NCBI GenBank assembly: GCA_002748425.1
Contig: PDSJ01000025.1
Span: 22,605-86,604 of the forward strand
Origin: a candidate division KSB3 bacterium
GTDB lineage: Bacteria; Moduliflexota; Moduliflexia; Moduliflexales; Moduliflexaceae
Direction: 5' to 3'
DNA: 64,000 nucleotides
Below are positions 21,198 to 30,647 of this stretch, in pieces; the first letter of the stretch is position 1; each line of letters begins with the position of its first letter. The notes beneath the pieces were generated by a model. It did no database searches. It saw nothing but the letters and a program-made list of their open reading frames with translations, and was not told where the DNA came from. A program made the position numbers and the translations under genes.

Positions 21198-22028
21198 ATG
21201 ACGCTGCAACAACAACAGGATTTTGAAATCATCCGCGATCTCATCTGGGAGAAAAGCGGCATCTATTTCGAAAACACGAAACGCCAGTATTGTTTACGGC
21301 GCCTGCAAAACCGCATGATCCTGCGTGGTTGTCGGGGCTTGAAAGAGTATTATCATATTTTACAATATGAATCGTCCGGCGCTGAACTCTCAGAACTCCT
21401 TAACCTGCTGACAACGACTGAAACCTACTTTTTTCGTAATACTCCGCAGCTGCGTTCTTTTCAGGAAGAAATTCTCCCCGACATTCTCCGGCGAAAGCAG
21501 CAGAACGGCGAAACTCACCTGCATTTTTGGAGCGCCGGATGCTCTTCGGGCGAAGAAGCATATACGATTGCGATGCTTCTGCTGGAAACGCTTCCGGAAA
21601 ATCATGCGTGGAAGATCAGTATTGCTGGAACCGATATTAACACAGACGTCTTGATAAAAGCGAGGGAAGCAGTATATTCCGAACGCGCTCTGCGTGATAC
21701 GCCGGAGACCTATATCCACAAATACTTTCAGAAGGAAGGGGACCTCTACCGTCTCAGCGACCGTGTAAAAAATATGGTACGATTTCGCAAAGGCAATCTG
21801 ATCCAATCGGACGATGCCTCATTATTACAAAGCCTTGACTGTATTTTTTGTCGAAATGTGCTGATTTATTTCAATCTTGAATCATGCCGCCAAGTGATAG
21901 AAATTTTCTACAACAACCTGGCGCGTCACGGATATTTGCTCTTAGGCCACTCTGAATCGCTGTATCGGATCACAGCGATTTTTGCACTTAAAAAGTTACA
22001 GCATTCTTTGGTGTACTACAAAGAATAA
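21198..22028 (+). CDS. cheR: Chemotaxis protein methyltransferase
   Basis: TTETYFFRNTPQL… and HFWSAGCSSGEEAYTIAMLL are the SAM-binding CheR motifs. Confidence 0.9.
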   Translation: MTLQQQQDFEIIRDLIWEKSGIYFENTKRQYCLRRLQNRMILRGCRGLKEYYHILQYESSGAELSELLNLLTTTETYFFRNTPQLRSFQEEILPDILRRKQQNGETHLHFWSAGCSSGEEAYTIAMLLLETLPENHAWKISIAGTDINTDVLIKAREAVYSERALRDTPETYIHKYFQKEGDLYRLSDRVKNMVRFRKGNLIQSDDASLLQSLDCIFCRNVLIYFNLESCRQVIEIFYNNLARHGYLLLGHSESLYRITAIFALKKLQHSLVYYKE

Positions 22029-22104
22029 CGGCGTAAACGCTGTAGATGAACCGTCGGGAGAAGACCGTCTTGTACCAACGTTCACGACCGTCAGGTTTTT
22101 GGCT

Positions 22105-22623
22105 ATGCACACACATAATGATTATTTTTCGATGCATACGACAGAGACAAGCCACGATGCTTCTGAAGAAATCCAATTAGTGAGCTTTTTCCTTGGAGGA
22201 GATGAGTTTGGGGCGGATATCCTCATGGTCCAGGAAATCATCAGAATACAGCCAATCACGCGCGTCCCCAATGCACCTCATTTTGTCGAAGGCGTCATTA
22301 ATCTTCGTGGGAAGGTTATCCCAATCGTTGACTTGCGAAAGCGCTTAAACGTCAGCGGGACGGCAGAGGATCCACGTAAAGTTCGCGTCATCGTTGTCGA
22401 TGTCGAGGGCAAAATTACCGGTTTTATTGTCGACTCAGTCTCTCAGGTCCTTCGCATCCCCCAGAGCACTATCGACCCCGCTCCTTCCATCGTCAGCGTA
22501 GATATCGATTCAGAATATATTGTCGGGGTCAGCAAGTTGACTGATAGACTCTTAATACTGCTTAATTTTAACAAAATCTTATCAAAAAAGGAAACACGGG
22601 AACTACAGGAGGTTCAGCTCTAA
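22105..22623 (+). CDS. cheW: Chemotaxis coupling protein
   Basis: LVSFFLGGDEFGADILMVQEIIRI…INLRGKVIPIVDLRKRL is the CheW domain. The ORF is open from 21982, and the ATG at 22105 or 22132 gives a normal CheW length. Confidence 0.85.
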   Translation: MHTHNDYFSMHTTETSHDASEEIQLVSFFLGGDEFGADILMVQEIIRIQPITRVPNAPHFVEGVINLRGKVIPIVDLRKRLNVSGTAEDPRKVRVIVVDVEGKITGFIVDSVSQVLRIPQSTIDPAPSIVSVDIDSEYIVGVSKLTDRLLILLNFNKILSKKETRELQEVQL

Positions 22624-22687
22624 CATTCCGGGCCGAACGTACATGGTGCAGCCTCAGAATTAAAAAACTGAACAATTTCCCATAATT

Positions 22688-23929
22688 ATGACATATTGGT
22701 TGAACATAAAAAATTTTACAGTGCGCAGCTTGCTTGTAGTCGGCAGTATTATTCTTCTGGTAAGCGGCCTCCAGCTGTTCTACGTCCAACATGTCTTGCG
22801 CGAAACGGAATTCCTGTTCAGCTCCCTCCCGATGAAGCTTTATATCGGGCTGTGCCTGATCGACACGCTTTTACTGCTCGGCTTGTGGGTCGGTATCCTG
22901 AAATTGTATCATGTTTCAATCACCCGCCCATCCAAAGAGCTTGCCCCTGTTATCCGTGACATGCAGACAGATCATCTTGACCTGGTATCATATCTCAAGG
23001 ACACCGGCTGTTCTGACATTCATCTCCTGGCACAGGCCTCCGAGCACATGCTGCAACGGGTCAAGAGTCTCATTTCCCAAGTTCATGAAATCGGACAGCA
23101 TATCCTCAAGACCTCGAGAAGTATCTTCGCCACATCCAAGAAACAGTCACAGCACTTTACATATCAAGCCGGGTCTTCCGGCGACTTAACTTCAGCCATA
23201 CAAGAATTGATCCTCACGACAGAGCTTATCAGTGATGGAGTGAGCGCTGTGGTCAAACTTGCCGGGCAGACTCTGCAATTTACAGAGCAAGGACAGCAGT
23301 CGGTCCAGGCCGTTGTCAAAAGCATGGAAGATATCCATCATTCATCGCAAGTCAGCTCGAATAAAATCATGGCGCTGAGTAAGCAATCCGGTCACATCAA
23401 CGAAGTGGTCAAAACTATCGATCGTATGATCGAAGATACAAAGTTGATCGCCTTTAATGCGACCATAGAAGCTGCGCGAGCAAAGGACCAGGGCAGAGGA
23501 TTCAGCGTGGTATCGCTTGAAATCAAACGTCTGGCCGAAGGCGTCTTTGAATCCACTGAAGCGATAAAGGAGCTGATTCAGGACATTCTGGAAACGTCAC
23601 ATGCCCTTGTGATGGCGCATGAGGAGGAGATGAAAACCGTCCATCGCGGCACCTTGCTTGTCGAAAAGGCCGGAACGTCTTTAGAACACATTTTTGAGAT
23701 GCTTCGCTCCACAACTGATTCCGCTCAACACATTGTCACGGCCGCTCAACAGCAGCAAAGCGCAAATACGATGGTGTTGCAATCTGTCGAACAGGCCAGA
23801 CAATCAATGAACCGCTTTTCCCTGGAATCACAGCAGCTCGCTCGCGCAAGTGCGGAACTGAATATTCTGGCTGAGGGACTGGGGCAAATCCTCTCAGGAT
23901 ATACTCCTCAGAACAGCCCGGGAGAATGA
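22688..23929 (+). CDS. Methyl-accepting chemotaxis protein (short periplasmic loop)
   Basis: Two N-terminal TM helices and a highly conserved signalling hairpin (LIAFNATIEAARAKDQGRGFSVVSLEIKRLAE). Confidence 0.8.
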   Translation: MTYWLNIKNFTVRSLLVVGSIILLVSGLQLFYVQHVLRETEFLFSSLPMKLYIGLCLIDTLLLLGLWVGILKLYHVSITRPSKELAPVIRDMQTDHLDLVSYLKDTGCSDIHLLAQASEHMLQRVKSLISQVHEIGQHILKTSRSIFATSKKQSQHFTYQAGSSGDLTSAIQELILTTELISDGVSAVVKLAGQTLQFTEQGQQSVQAVVKSMEDIHHSSQVSSNKIMALSKQSGHINEVVKTIDRMIEDTKLIAFNATIEAARAKDQGRGFSVVSLEIKRLAEGVFESTEAIKELIQDILETSHALVMAHEEEMKTVHRGTLLVEKAGTSLEHIFEMLRSTTDSAQHIVTAAQQQQSANTMVLQSVEQARQSMNRFSLESQQLARASAELNILAEGLGQILSGYTPQNSPGE

Positions 23930-23936
23930 AAGGAGC

Positions 23937-26153
23937 ATGTCGGAAGAAGAGCTTATTCGTGAATTTATCGCTGAAGCCGAGGAACATTTATCCACCCTGG
24001 AACCAAATCTTCTCCGTCTGGAACGCGCCCCGAACAATCAAGAAATCATCAATGACATCTTTGTCGCTGCCCACAGCATTAAGGGCACGGCTTCCTATGT
24101 CGGTTTAACCCATATCAGCAATTTTACACACAGCCTGGAACACCTGCTGGATCGCCTTCGTAAAGGCAGTCTCAGCAGCTCACCAGCCCTGATCGACAAC
24201 CTGCTGCAAGGGGTCGATATGTTGAAAGAATTCGTACGCTGCGCCGCACTCGGGCAGCCGGCTCCCGATTCCCAGGAAATAACTCAGCGTCTTTTGCAGT
24301 GGGGAGCTGAGAGCTCTGTCGTTTACGAATATGAGCAGTCTGAAACGCCTGAACCTGACGCTCAGGATGATGATTTCGCAGCGCAGCTTGAACACCTGGA
24401 GTCTGAAGATGCAGAAATTTTTGTAGACATCGCCGGACAACAATTCGAGATTATTCGACAGGCTCTGGAAAAAATTCGATATGAGCTGCTCTCAGCACCA
24501 TCTGAAAGTCCTCCCACTGCACTTACAAGGCTTATCAAAGCTTTTCGAACGATGAAATCATCAGCGCCGCTCCTCAATATCGACGACATACAGCAGCTGT
24601 TCGAACGGCACGATCATCGCTTCAGCAAGCTGGAAGCTCCATCTCACATCCTTACGGAAGAAGACCTGCACGACATCACTGGCATGATTCAGGAGCAGGA
24701 AGCGACTGTTCGGCGTATTTCACACCACAGCTCCGGGACAGCGTCAACTTTCCCTCAGTCATCGACAAGGACGTCGCAAAACTTCATGCCAAGTCTTGAG
24801 AGCAGACAGCGCCAGACTCTCCGGGTAGACGCCAGACGGGTCGACCAGCTTCTTAATCTGGCTGGTGAACTCACGATCAATCGCGCTCGTCTCGAACAGC
24901 TCAGTACACAGATCAAAGACCTGTATGAGGCCCTGCGATCAGGCAAGTCGTCACTCGGTCCGACGTCCGCGTTTGATCCCAGGCTGACACTCCGCACGGT
25001 CAAAAAATTGAAAGAGTTCTCCAGCGAAATCACGCAGGATATCGGACGAATCAGCAATCAAATGCAAGAAAGCACGATGCGTATCCGCATGGTGCCGATC
25101 GGCCAGGTACTGAATCGCTTTCCAAGAATGGTACGCGATCTTTCCAGACAGGCCCAAAAAGAGATTGCTGTCAGGATTCATGGCGCTGAGACAGAGCTGG
25201 ACAAAAGTGTGATCGAACTGATTGGCGAGCCATTGATTCACGTGATCCGCAACGCGATCGATCATGGCATCGAAAGGCCTGAAGAGCGTGAGCGTCAGGG
25301 AAAAACGCGACAAGGTCTCATCGAGATCTCTGCATATTATGAGGGAAATCAGGTACTCGTCGAAATTGTAGATGACGGTCGAGGGCTTGACAAAAAACTC
25401 ATTACGGAAAAAGCCGTCGAGCAGCAGCTCATCAGCCAGCAGGAGGCCAACAGCTTGCATGACAAAGAGCTCAGCTCTCTGATTTTTCACAGCGGTTTCA
25501 GCACGGTTGAGACGGTCAGTAGTCTTTCCGGCCGGGGTGTCGGCCTCCACGTTGTCAAACGCTATCTGGAAAAAATCAACGGGACCGTCGAAGTGGAGTC
25601 TTTCTGGGCCAAAGGCTGCCGCTTTATACTTCGACTTCCTCTGACTCTGGCAATTATTCCGGCTTTAATGGTTCAAGTAAGCACAGAAATTTTTGCCGTT
25701 CCTCTTATTTCAGTTGAAGAGGCGCTCCGCATCCTTCCGAGTGAAATTCACACGGTTGAGTCTCACAGAGTCATTGATCTGCGGGGGAAAATGCTGCCTG
25801 TTTTCGATCTGGCCGAATTCTTTGGAGCAACACTGTTTGAGGATTATGAACGCCTGTATGCGACACACGCTGAATGTGACCTGCTAGAGTACGAGGAAGA
25901 AAAAACGCTCTACGCGCTTATTCTCAATGACGGATTCTGTACGATTGCTGTGCTCGTTGATCGCTTTCTGGGCGAGAACAATATTGTCGTTAAACCCTTG
26001 AATGACAGCCTGCTGAATGTTAAAGGGATCTCCGGAGCATCAATCAGAGGCGACGGCCGGATTTCACTGGTCATCGATCCCGTATCGCTCTGCAGCCTGG
26101 CCACCAGAGATCTGCAACACCGTCATCGTGCCCGTCCTAAGACCGACCAATGA
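23937..26153 (+). CDS. cheA: Chemotaxis histidine kinase
   Basis: Hpt (AHSIKGTASYVGL), a dimerisation/HATPase region (HGIE…DDGRGLD, GRGVGL) and a C-terminal CheW-like domain. Confidence 0.9.
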   Translation: MSEEELIREFIAEAEEHLSTLEPNLLRLERAPNNQEIINDIFVAAHSIKGTASYVGLTHISNFTHSLEHLLDRLRKGSLSSSPALIDNLLQGVDMLKEFVRCAALGQPAPDSQEITQRLLQWGAESSVVYEYEQSETPEPDAQDDDFAAQLEHLESEDAEIFVDIAGQQFEIIRQALEKIRYELLSAPSESPPTALTRLIKAFRTMKSSAPLLNIDDIQQLFERHDHRFSKLEAPSHILTEEDLHDITGMIQEQEATVRRISHHSSGTASTFPQSSTRTSQNFMPSLESRQRQTLRVDARRVDQLLNLAGELTINRARLEQLSTQIKDLYEALRSGKSSLGPTSAFDPRLTLRTVKKLKEFSSEITQDIGRISNQMQESTMRIRMVPIGQVLNRFPRMVRDLSRQAQKEIAVRIHGAETELDKSVIELIGEPLIHVIRNAIDHGIERPEERERQGKTRQGLIEISAYYEGNQVLVEIVDDGRGLDKKLITEKAVEQQLISQQEANSLHDKELSSLIFHSGFSTVETVSSLSGRGVGLHVVKRYLEKINGTVEVESFWAKGCRFILRLPLTLAIIPALMVQVSTEIFAVPLISVEEALRILPSEIHTVESHRVIDLRGKMLPVFDLAEFFGATLFEDYERLYATHAECDLLEYEEEKTLYALILNDGFCTIAVLVDRFLGENNIVVKPLNDSLLNVKGISGASIRGDGRISLVIDPVSLCSLATRDLQHRHRARPKTDQ

Positions 26154-26193
26154 GATCAAAACGGACACGTCGATACCGGCACGGAACGCGTTC

Positions 26194-26874
26194 CTATTTG
26201 ATATTCCCCCAGATTCGCACCTGAATCAGAGGAAGAGACTCCAGTGTTGTCTTAATATTCAACCAGCCCGACAGTAATCCTTTGGGCGTATCTGGCAGCA
26301 GTTCGGCCTGCAACAGCACTTCACCATCCGGAGGAATCGTCATTGAGGAGAGTGACACATTGATAGATGGCAGCGAAGAATCGATTCCGAGCAGCTCCAC
26401 CGAATTTCCCGAATAATTCTTCAGTATGACGGAAGCATATTTCGCGTTTTCTCCACGAAAGCGGAGGACCCTGTTTGGCACAACATCGACATCCACCAGC
26501 ACATTCGTATGAACCGTCAATGAAAACGCAGCATGTTGCGGATCGTTGCTTTCTACCTTTATGACCTGTCGGGTACTGCGCCTCCGGGCTCTGGTTCGGA
26601 TGGTGACAGCGACTCTGATTTCACCACCAGGAGGGATTTCGTTGCCGTCCGGCAACTTCACGTTACAACCTCAGCCGCCTTTAGCCTTGAGGATACTCAA
26701 CATGCTGTCACCGTGATTTTTAAAGACAAAATAGTGCGTCAGGGTCTGATTTGGCTCTACATCGCCAAAATCAAAATGAAGACCATCGACGACTTCGAGC
26801 CGGGGACTCGCCTCCACGATCTCTAAACTCCCAAGAAGGAGAAAGAGGGCAACGAAAATACTTGATCTTTTCAT
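26194..26874 (-). CDS. DUF1573 family protein interrupted by an in-frame TGA at the conserved Cys (candidate selenoprotein or pseudogene)
   Basis: ORFs 26671-26874 and 26194-26661 are in the same frame. HFDFGDV…FVFKNHGDSMLSILKAKGG-TGA-GCNVKLPDGNEIPPGGEIRVAV aligns to the DUF1573 core …SCGCT…, with the TGA (26671-26673) at the first Cys. Confidence 0.5.
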
Positions 26875-27158
26875 AGAATTATAGTACCTCTGGACTATGC
26901 ACGGCGTCTCCCGGGCGCGAACACAAATTCAGGAAACGAAATTTCAGAACATTCACGAAGAGTGAACAATGGGCGCATCATCAGCCCTACTAATATTTGG
27001 CATGGTCAGAAAAAGTCAATAAATTGTCGAAAAAAACCCTGGGACGGATAAAAAAGTCGCTATAGAATCCTTAGGAACCAGCCTACGAGCAGTTATTACG
27101 ATCAACAGCGACATGCAAAATCACAAGATCGTGACAGCCAGCCCAACAGGAGCTTTCA

Positions 27159-28331
27159 GTGAACATGGTCACTCGAAAAACTATCGAATATTTGAGTCTT
27201 TGTTGTCTTCTCATCATACTCGGCCTCATTCTTGTCAACGCGTTCAGGAAGGGTGAATACATTCCTCTTTCCGTCACACGCTCCACAGCGCCATTTCCAG
27301 ACAAGACATCAGAACGTCTCAGTCACAGCCTCCAGAAAATCTTCGAGCAGTCCGCTCTGATACACGCTTATCGCAAAACGTCTGCAACGCCTCCTGACAA
27401 CGGAGAAGAGCATCCCGGCAAGCGGCAGCGGCAGGAATACCACGCTCGTTTAGAGCGAAAAGCAGAGCTTCCACGTGTTATCGAGCGTATTTCAACGGAA
27501 ATCGAATCACATGGCGGTAAGATCTTTCAAACCTACGTCGATTCCCACAAACAGCAGGCTGTGATCGTCATCGGTGTGGAGTCTGCCATTACCCACCAAC
27601 TTGTCTTGACCTGGAAGCCACCTGTTACAACGCCGACACCCCCAACGACCCCATCTGAGCCTCCAGCGAGATTTCGGGCTGCGATCATCATCGATGATTT
27701 GGGAAGTAATCTCTCCTTTATCAACAGTCTGCTGGACTTAAACGCAGATTTGACCTACTCCATTCTCCCCCATCTTCAGAAGTCAACGGAAATTGCCACC
27801 ATGCTCCATGAGCGTCAAAAGGAAATTTTGCTGCATCTCCCGATGGAGCCCCAGGACTATCCAGCCATCTCACCTGGAAAAGGGGCGCTGTTCAGCCGGA
27901 TGACCCGCGATCAAATTCAACGCACAATTGAATGGGATTTGCAAAGCGTGCCGTTTGCTTCAGGTGTCAATAATCATATGGGGTCGAAGCTCACATCAAA
28001 CTGGGGCGCAATGAAAGCCGTATTAGAGTATCTCCACGCGCACAAGCTTTTTTTTGTGGACAGCCGGACTTCCGGATCGACTATCGCCTACACACTTGCA
28101 CAGCAGATCGGTTTGCAAAGTGCGCAACGCCAGGTGTTTCTCGACGTTGTTCCTGAAACGCAGGCCGTGAAAGCACAGCTGCAAAAACTTGCTTTACTCG
28201 CAGAACAAGGTAAGCCTGCTATTGCCATCGGTCATCCGAAATCCGCAACCCTGAAGGCCTTGCAAAACATGCTACCGGAATTTAGAGCTCGTAATATCCA
28301 GATCGTAAGAATCTCAGAGTTTACTCATTAA
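27159..28331 (+). CDS. Divergent polysaccharide deacetylase family protein (YibQ-like)
   Basis: N-terminal TM segment. AIIIDDLGSN…LPHL…NNHMGSKLTS matches the PF04748-type pattern. Confidence 0.65.
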   Translation: MNMVTRKTIEYLSLCCLLIILGLILVNAFRKGEYIPLSVTRSTAPFPDKTSERLSHSLQKIFEQSALIHAYRKTSATPPDNGEEHPGKRQRQEYHARLERKAELPRVIERISTEIESHGGKIFQTYVDSHKQQAVIVIGVESAITHQLVLTWKPPVTTPTPPTTPSEPPARFRAAIIIDDLGSNLSFINSLLDLNADLTYSILPHLQKSTEIATMLHERQKEILLHLPMEPQDYPAISPGKGALFSRMTRDQIQRTIEWDLQSVPFASGVNNHMGSKLTSNWGAMKAVLEYLHAHKLFFVDSRTSGSTIAYTLAQQIGLQSAQRQVFLDVVPETQAVKAQLQKLALLAEQGKPAIAIGHPKSATLKALQNMLPEFRARNIQIVRISEFTH

Positions 28332-28383
28332 GCTGCATGCAATAATGGAATCATACTGCACATAACGCCTGCCGAGACTCCAC

Positions 28384-28749
28384 TTAGCAGAACGCATTCT
28401 GGATATGGTCGAGCGTGTGAGTCCCATTTGACAGGTTGAGCGTAATGCCGATGACATCGAATCGGAATTGCGTATTCACCAGATTACGCTGGGCAATGTA
28501 AAACAGTGCTGTACGTTTCACGTGCTGCTGTTTACGGGGCGTGACTGAGTTATAGGCCGGCCCATAGGCCGCGGAGCTTTTCGTCCTCACTTCCAGAAAT
28601 ACAACCATATTCCGATCTCCGGCGATCAAATCAATCTCCCCCAGCTTACAACGAAAATTCCGTTCAAGCACAGTATAGCCCTGCCGCAGAATATACTCAT
28701 AGGCCAACTGTTCCCCTTTTTTGCCGATCTTCACGCGTTCTTGCGACAT
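28384..28749 (-). CDS. yraN: YraN/UPF0102 family endonuclease-like protein
   Basis: GEQLAYEYILRQGYTVLERNFRCKLGEIDLIAGDRNMVVFLEVRTKS is typical of UPF0102. The ORF is open from 28782, and the later ATG was chosen. Confidence 0.8.
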   Translation of the reverse strand: MSQERVKIGKKGEQLAYEYILRQGYTVLERNFRCKLGEIDLIAGDRNMVVFLEVRTKSSAAYGPAYNSVTPRKQQHVKRTALFYIAQRNLVNTQFRFDVIGITLNLSNGTHTLDHIQNAFC

Positions 28750-29125
28750 ATACACCTCTCTCCATTCAGAAATTCTGAACACCCTTATTCCGCTGTTCCC
28801 TCATGAAAACTGCTAAGTTCCCAAAACGTCAAGAATTCTTCAGATCCATGACATCGTGAATGAAATACCCGTATAAGAAAATCTCTTACAACCGATTTTT
28901 GCTCTTTGCGTCTGAATACTCATAGCATTTCCTCCAGTTGCCATCAGCAGCTGATCCAAAAAAAATCGCTGATTGTTCGCTGCCAAAGAGGTGATAAGAA
29001 TTTTCACTTGACTTCTTCGGCGGCTATTATGATGGTATATAAACCTTTGTTAATTTATGCTGTCATAGCGTGTAACAGACACCATTTTCGGAACGTCCGA
29101 AAGAGCCTGTCTCCAGGGAGGTACC

Positions 29126-30634
29126 ATGATGACTGTAGGAAAAATGCTTGAGGAATCGGCCCAACGCTTTCCCCGTAAATGCGCCATTAAATTTCAAAAG
29201 CGCAAGATTTCATATCGCGAGCTCCATGAATTAAGCCACAGGGCTGCTCACGGCCTTCTGGCCCTGGGACTCTCGAAAGGCGATCGGGTCGGGATTTTCA
29301 GCGATAATTGCCCGGAGTACATTATCAGCTATTTTGCCGCCTTAGCGTTCGGCGGCGTTGCTGTCCCCATCAACAGCTTCCTGACTGGGAATGAAGTCAA
29401 ATACATTGTTGATAACTGCGGCATTAAAGTGCTCGTCACCTCAAAAAGATTTCTCCGCACGCTCCAGCCTGTTCTGCAACAGATGGAGTCACTCAAACGT
29501 GTCATTGTGATCGACGGCCCGGACCAGAGCGAACACATGGCCTTTGCAACATTACTGCAATCCAGCAGAACAGAGCCTCCTTGCCACGACCTTTCCTCCG
29601 ACGATCTGGCGGTCTTTATCTACACATCCGGTACGACCGGCCATCCCAAAGGCGCAATGCTTTCGCACGGCAACTTAGTGAGCAATACCGAAGACTCACT
29701 TGAGGTCTTTAATGTGGTTCCAAAAGATAAATTCCTCTTATTCTTACCGATGTTTCACTCGTTCACCTTTACGACCTGCGTTTTGCTGCCGATTTTGTCA
29801 GGATCAACAATTGTCCTGATCGGTTCGGTGAAATCGATGGATGCGATCAGGAAAGCAATTATTTTCGATCGCGTAACAGTTTTTGTTGGCGTGCCTGCCG
29901 TATACAATGTATTGGCGAACAAGGACTTACCCAAAATCCTACGTTACATCAATGCGATTCGGGCGTTCGTGTCCGGATCGGCACCTCTGCCGGGTCCGGT
30001 GATCGGCAAAATCGAAAAAAAATTCAGAAGCGCCTTGTGCGAGGGATACGGCCTGTCAGAAGCCTCTCCGGTCGTGGCCGTCAATCCCTTATTCGGCACT
30101 CGGAAGCCAGGTACTGTCGGTTTGCCTTTGCGACGCGTTCAGGTGAAAATCGTCGATGCCAACCACAACGAACTACCAGTCGGAGAAGTCGGTGAACTGG
30201 CTGTAAAAGGGCCAAACGTCATGCAAGGCTATTATAATATGCCTGAAGAAACTGCAAAGACCATTGTCGATGGCTGGCTGCTGACCGGGGATGTTGCAAA
30301 GCTGGATGAAGAGGGCTATATTTCCATTGTAGACCGCAAAAAAGAAATGCTGCTGGTACGCGGAGTCAACGTCTATCCCCGCGAGATCGAAGCTGTACTG
30401 TATCAGCATCCGAACATCGTCGAATGTGCTGTCATTGGGGTGCCTGACGAGACAAAAGGTGAGGTCCCGAAAGCGTTTATCGTTGTTCGTGACGGAGAAG
30501 CGCTTTCAGAAAAAGATGTACGTGCCCACTGCAAGAAACATCTGGCAGGATACAAACTCCCCAGGTTTATTGAATTTAGACCGTCGCTTCCGAAGAACGC
30601 CACTCAGAAAATTATGAAGCGTAATCTTCGCTGA
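29126..30634 (+). CDS. Long-chain fatty-acid-CoA ligase (AMP-dependent synthetase)
   Basis: YTSGTTGHPKGAML is the AMP-binding motif I, with GYGLSE and the rest of the adenylate-forming domain pattern. Confidence 0.85.
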   Translation: MMTVGKMLEESAQRFPRKCAIKFQKRKISYRELHELSHRAAHGLLALGLSKGDRVGIFSDNCPEYIISYFAALAFGGVAVPINSFLTGNEVKYIVDNCGIKVLVTSKRFLRTLQPVLQQMESLKRVIVIDGPDQSEHMAFATLLQSSRTEPPCHDLSSDDLAVFIYTSGTTGHPKGAMLSHGNLVSNTEDSLEVFNVVPKDKFLLFLPMFHSFTFTTCVLLPILSGSTIVLIGSVKSMDAIRKAIIFDRVTVFVGVPAVYNVLANKDLPKILRYINAIRAFVSGSAPLPGPVIGKIEKKFRSALCEGYGLSEASPVVAVNPLFGTRKPGTVGLPLRRVQVKIVDANHNELPVGEVGELAVKGPNVMQGYYNMPEETAKTIVDGWLLTGDVAKLDEEGYISIVDRKKEMLLVRGVNVYPREIEAVLYQHPNIVECAVIGVPDETKGEVPKAFIVVRDGEALSEKDVRAHCKKHLAGYKLPRFIEFRPSLPKNATQKIMKRNLR

Positions 30635-30647
30635 ACAGACGGGTGGA

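Noticed and set aside
22696-23189. Alternative-frame ORFs (22696-22959, 22911-23189) at the 5' end of the MCP gene
   Set aside because: They overlap the MCP CDS in other frames. The MCP frame has TM helices and a conserved signalling domain.
26662-26673. Treating the TGA as a genuine stop that splits the locus into two small genes (67 aa and 155 aa)
   Set aside because: The two ORFs are in the same frame and together reconstitute a single DUF1573 domain, with the stop exactly at a conserved Cys. A single gene (Sec read-through or pseudogene) is more parsimonious.
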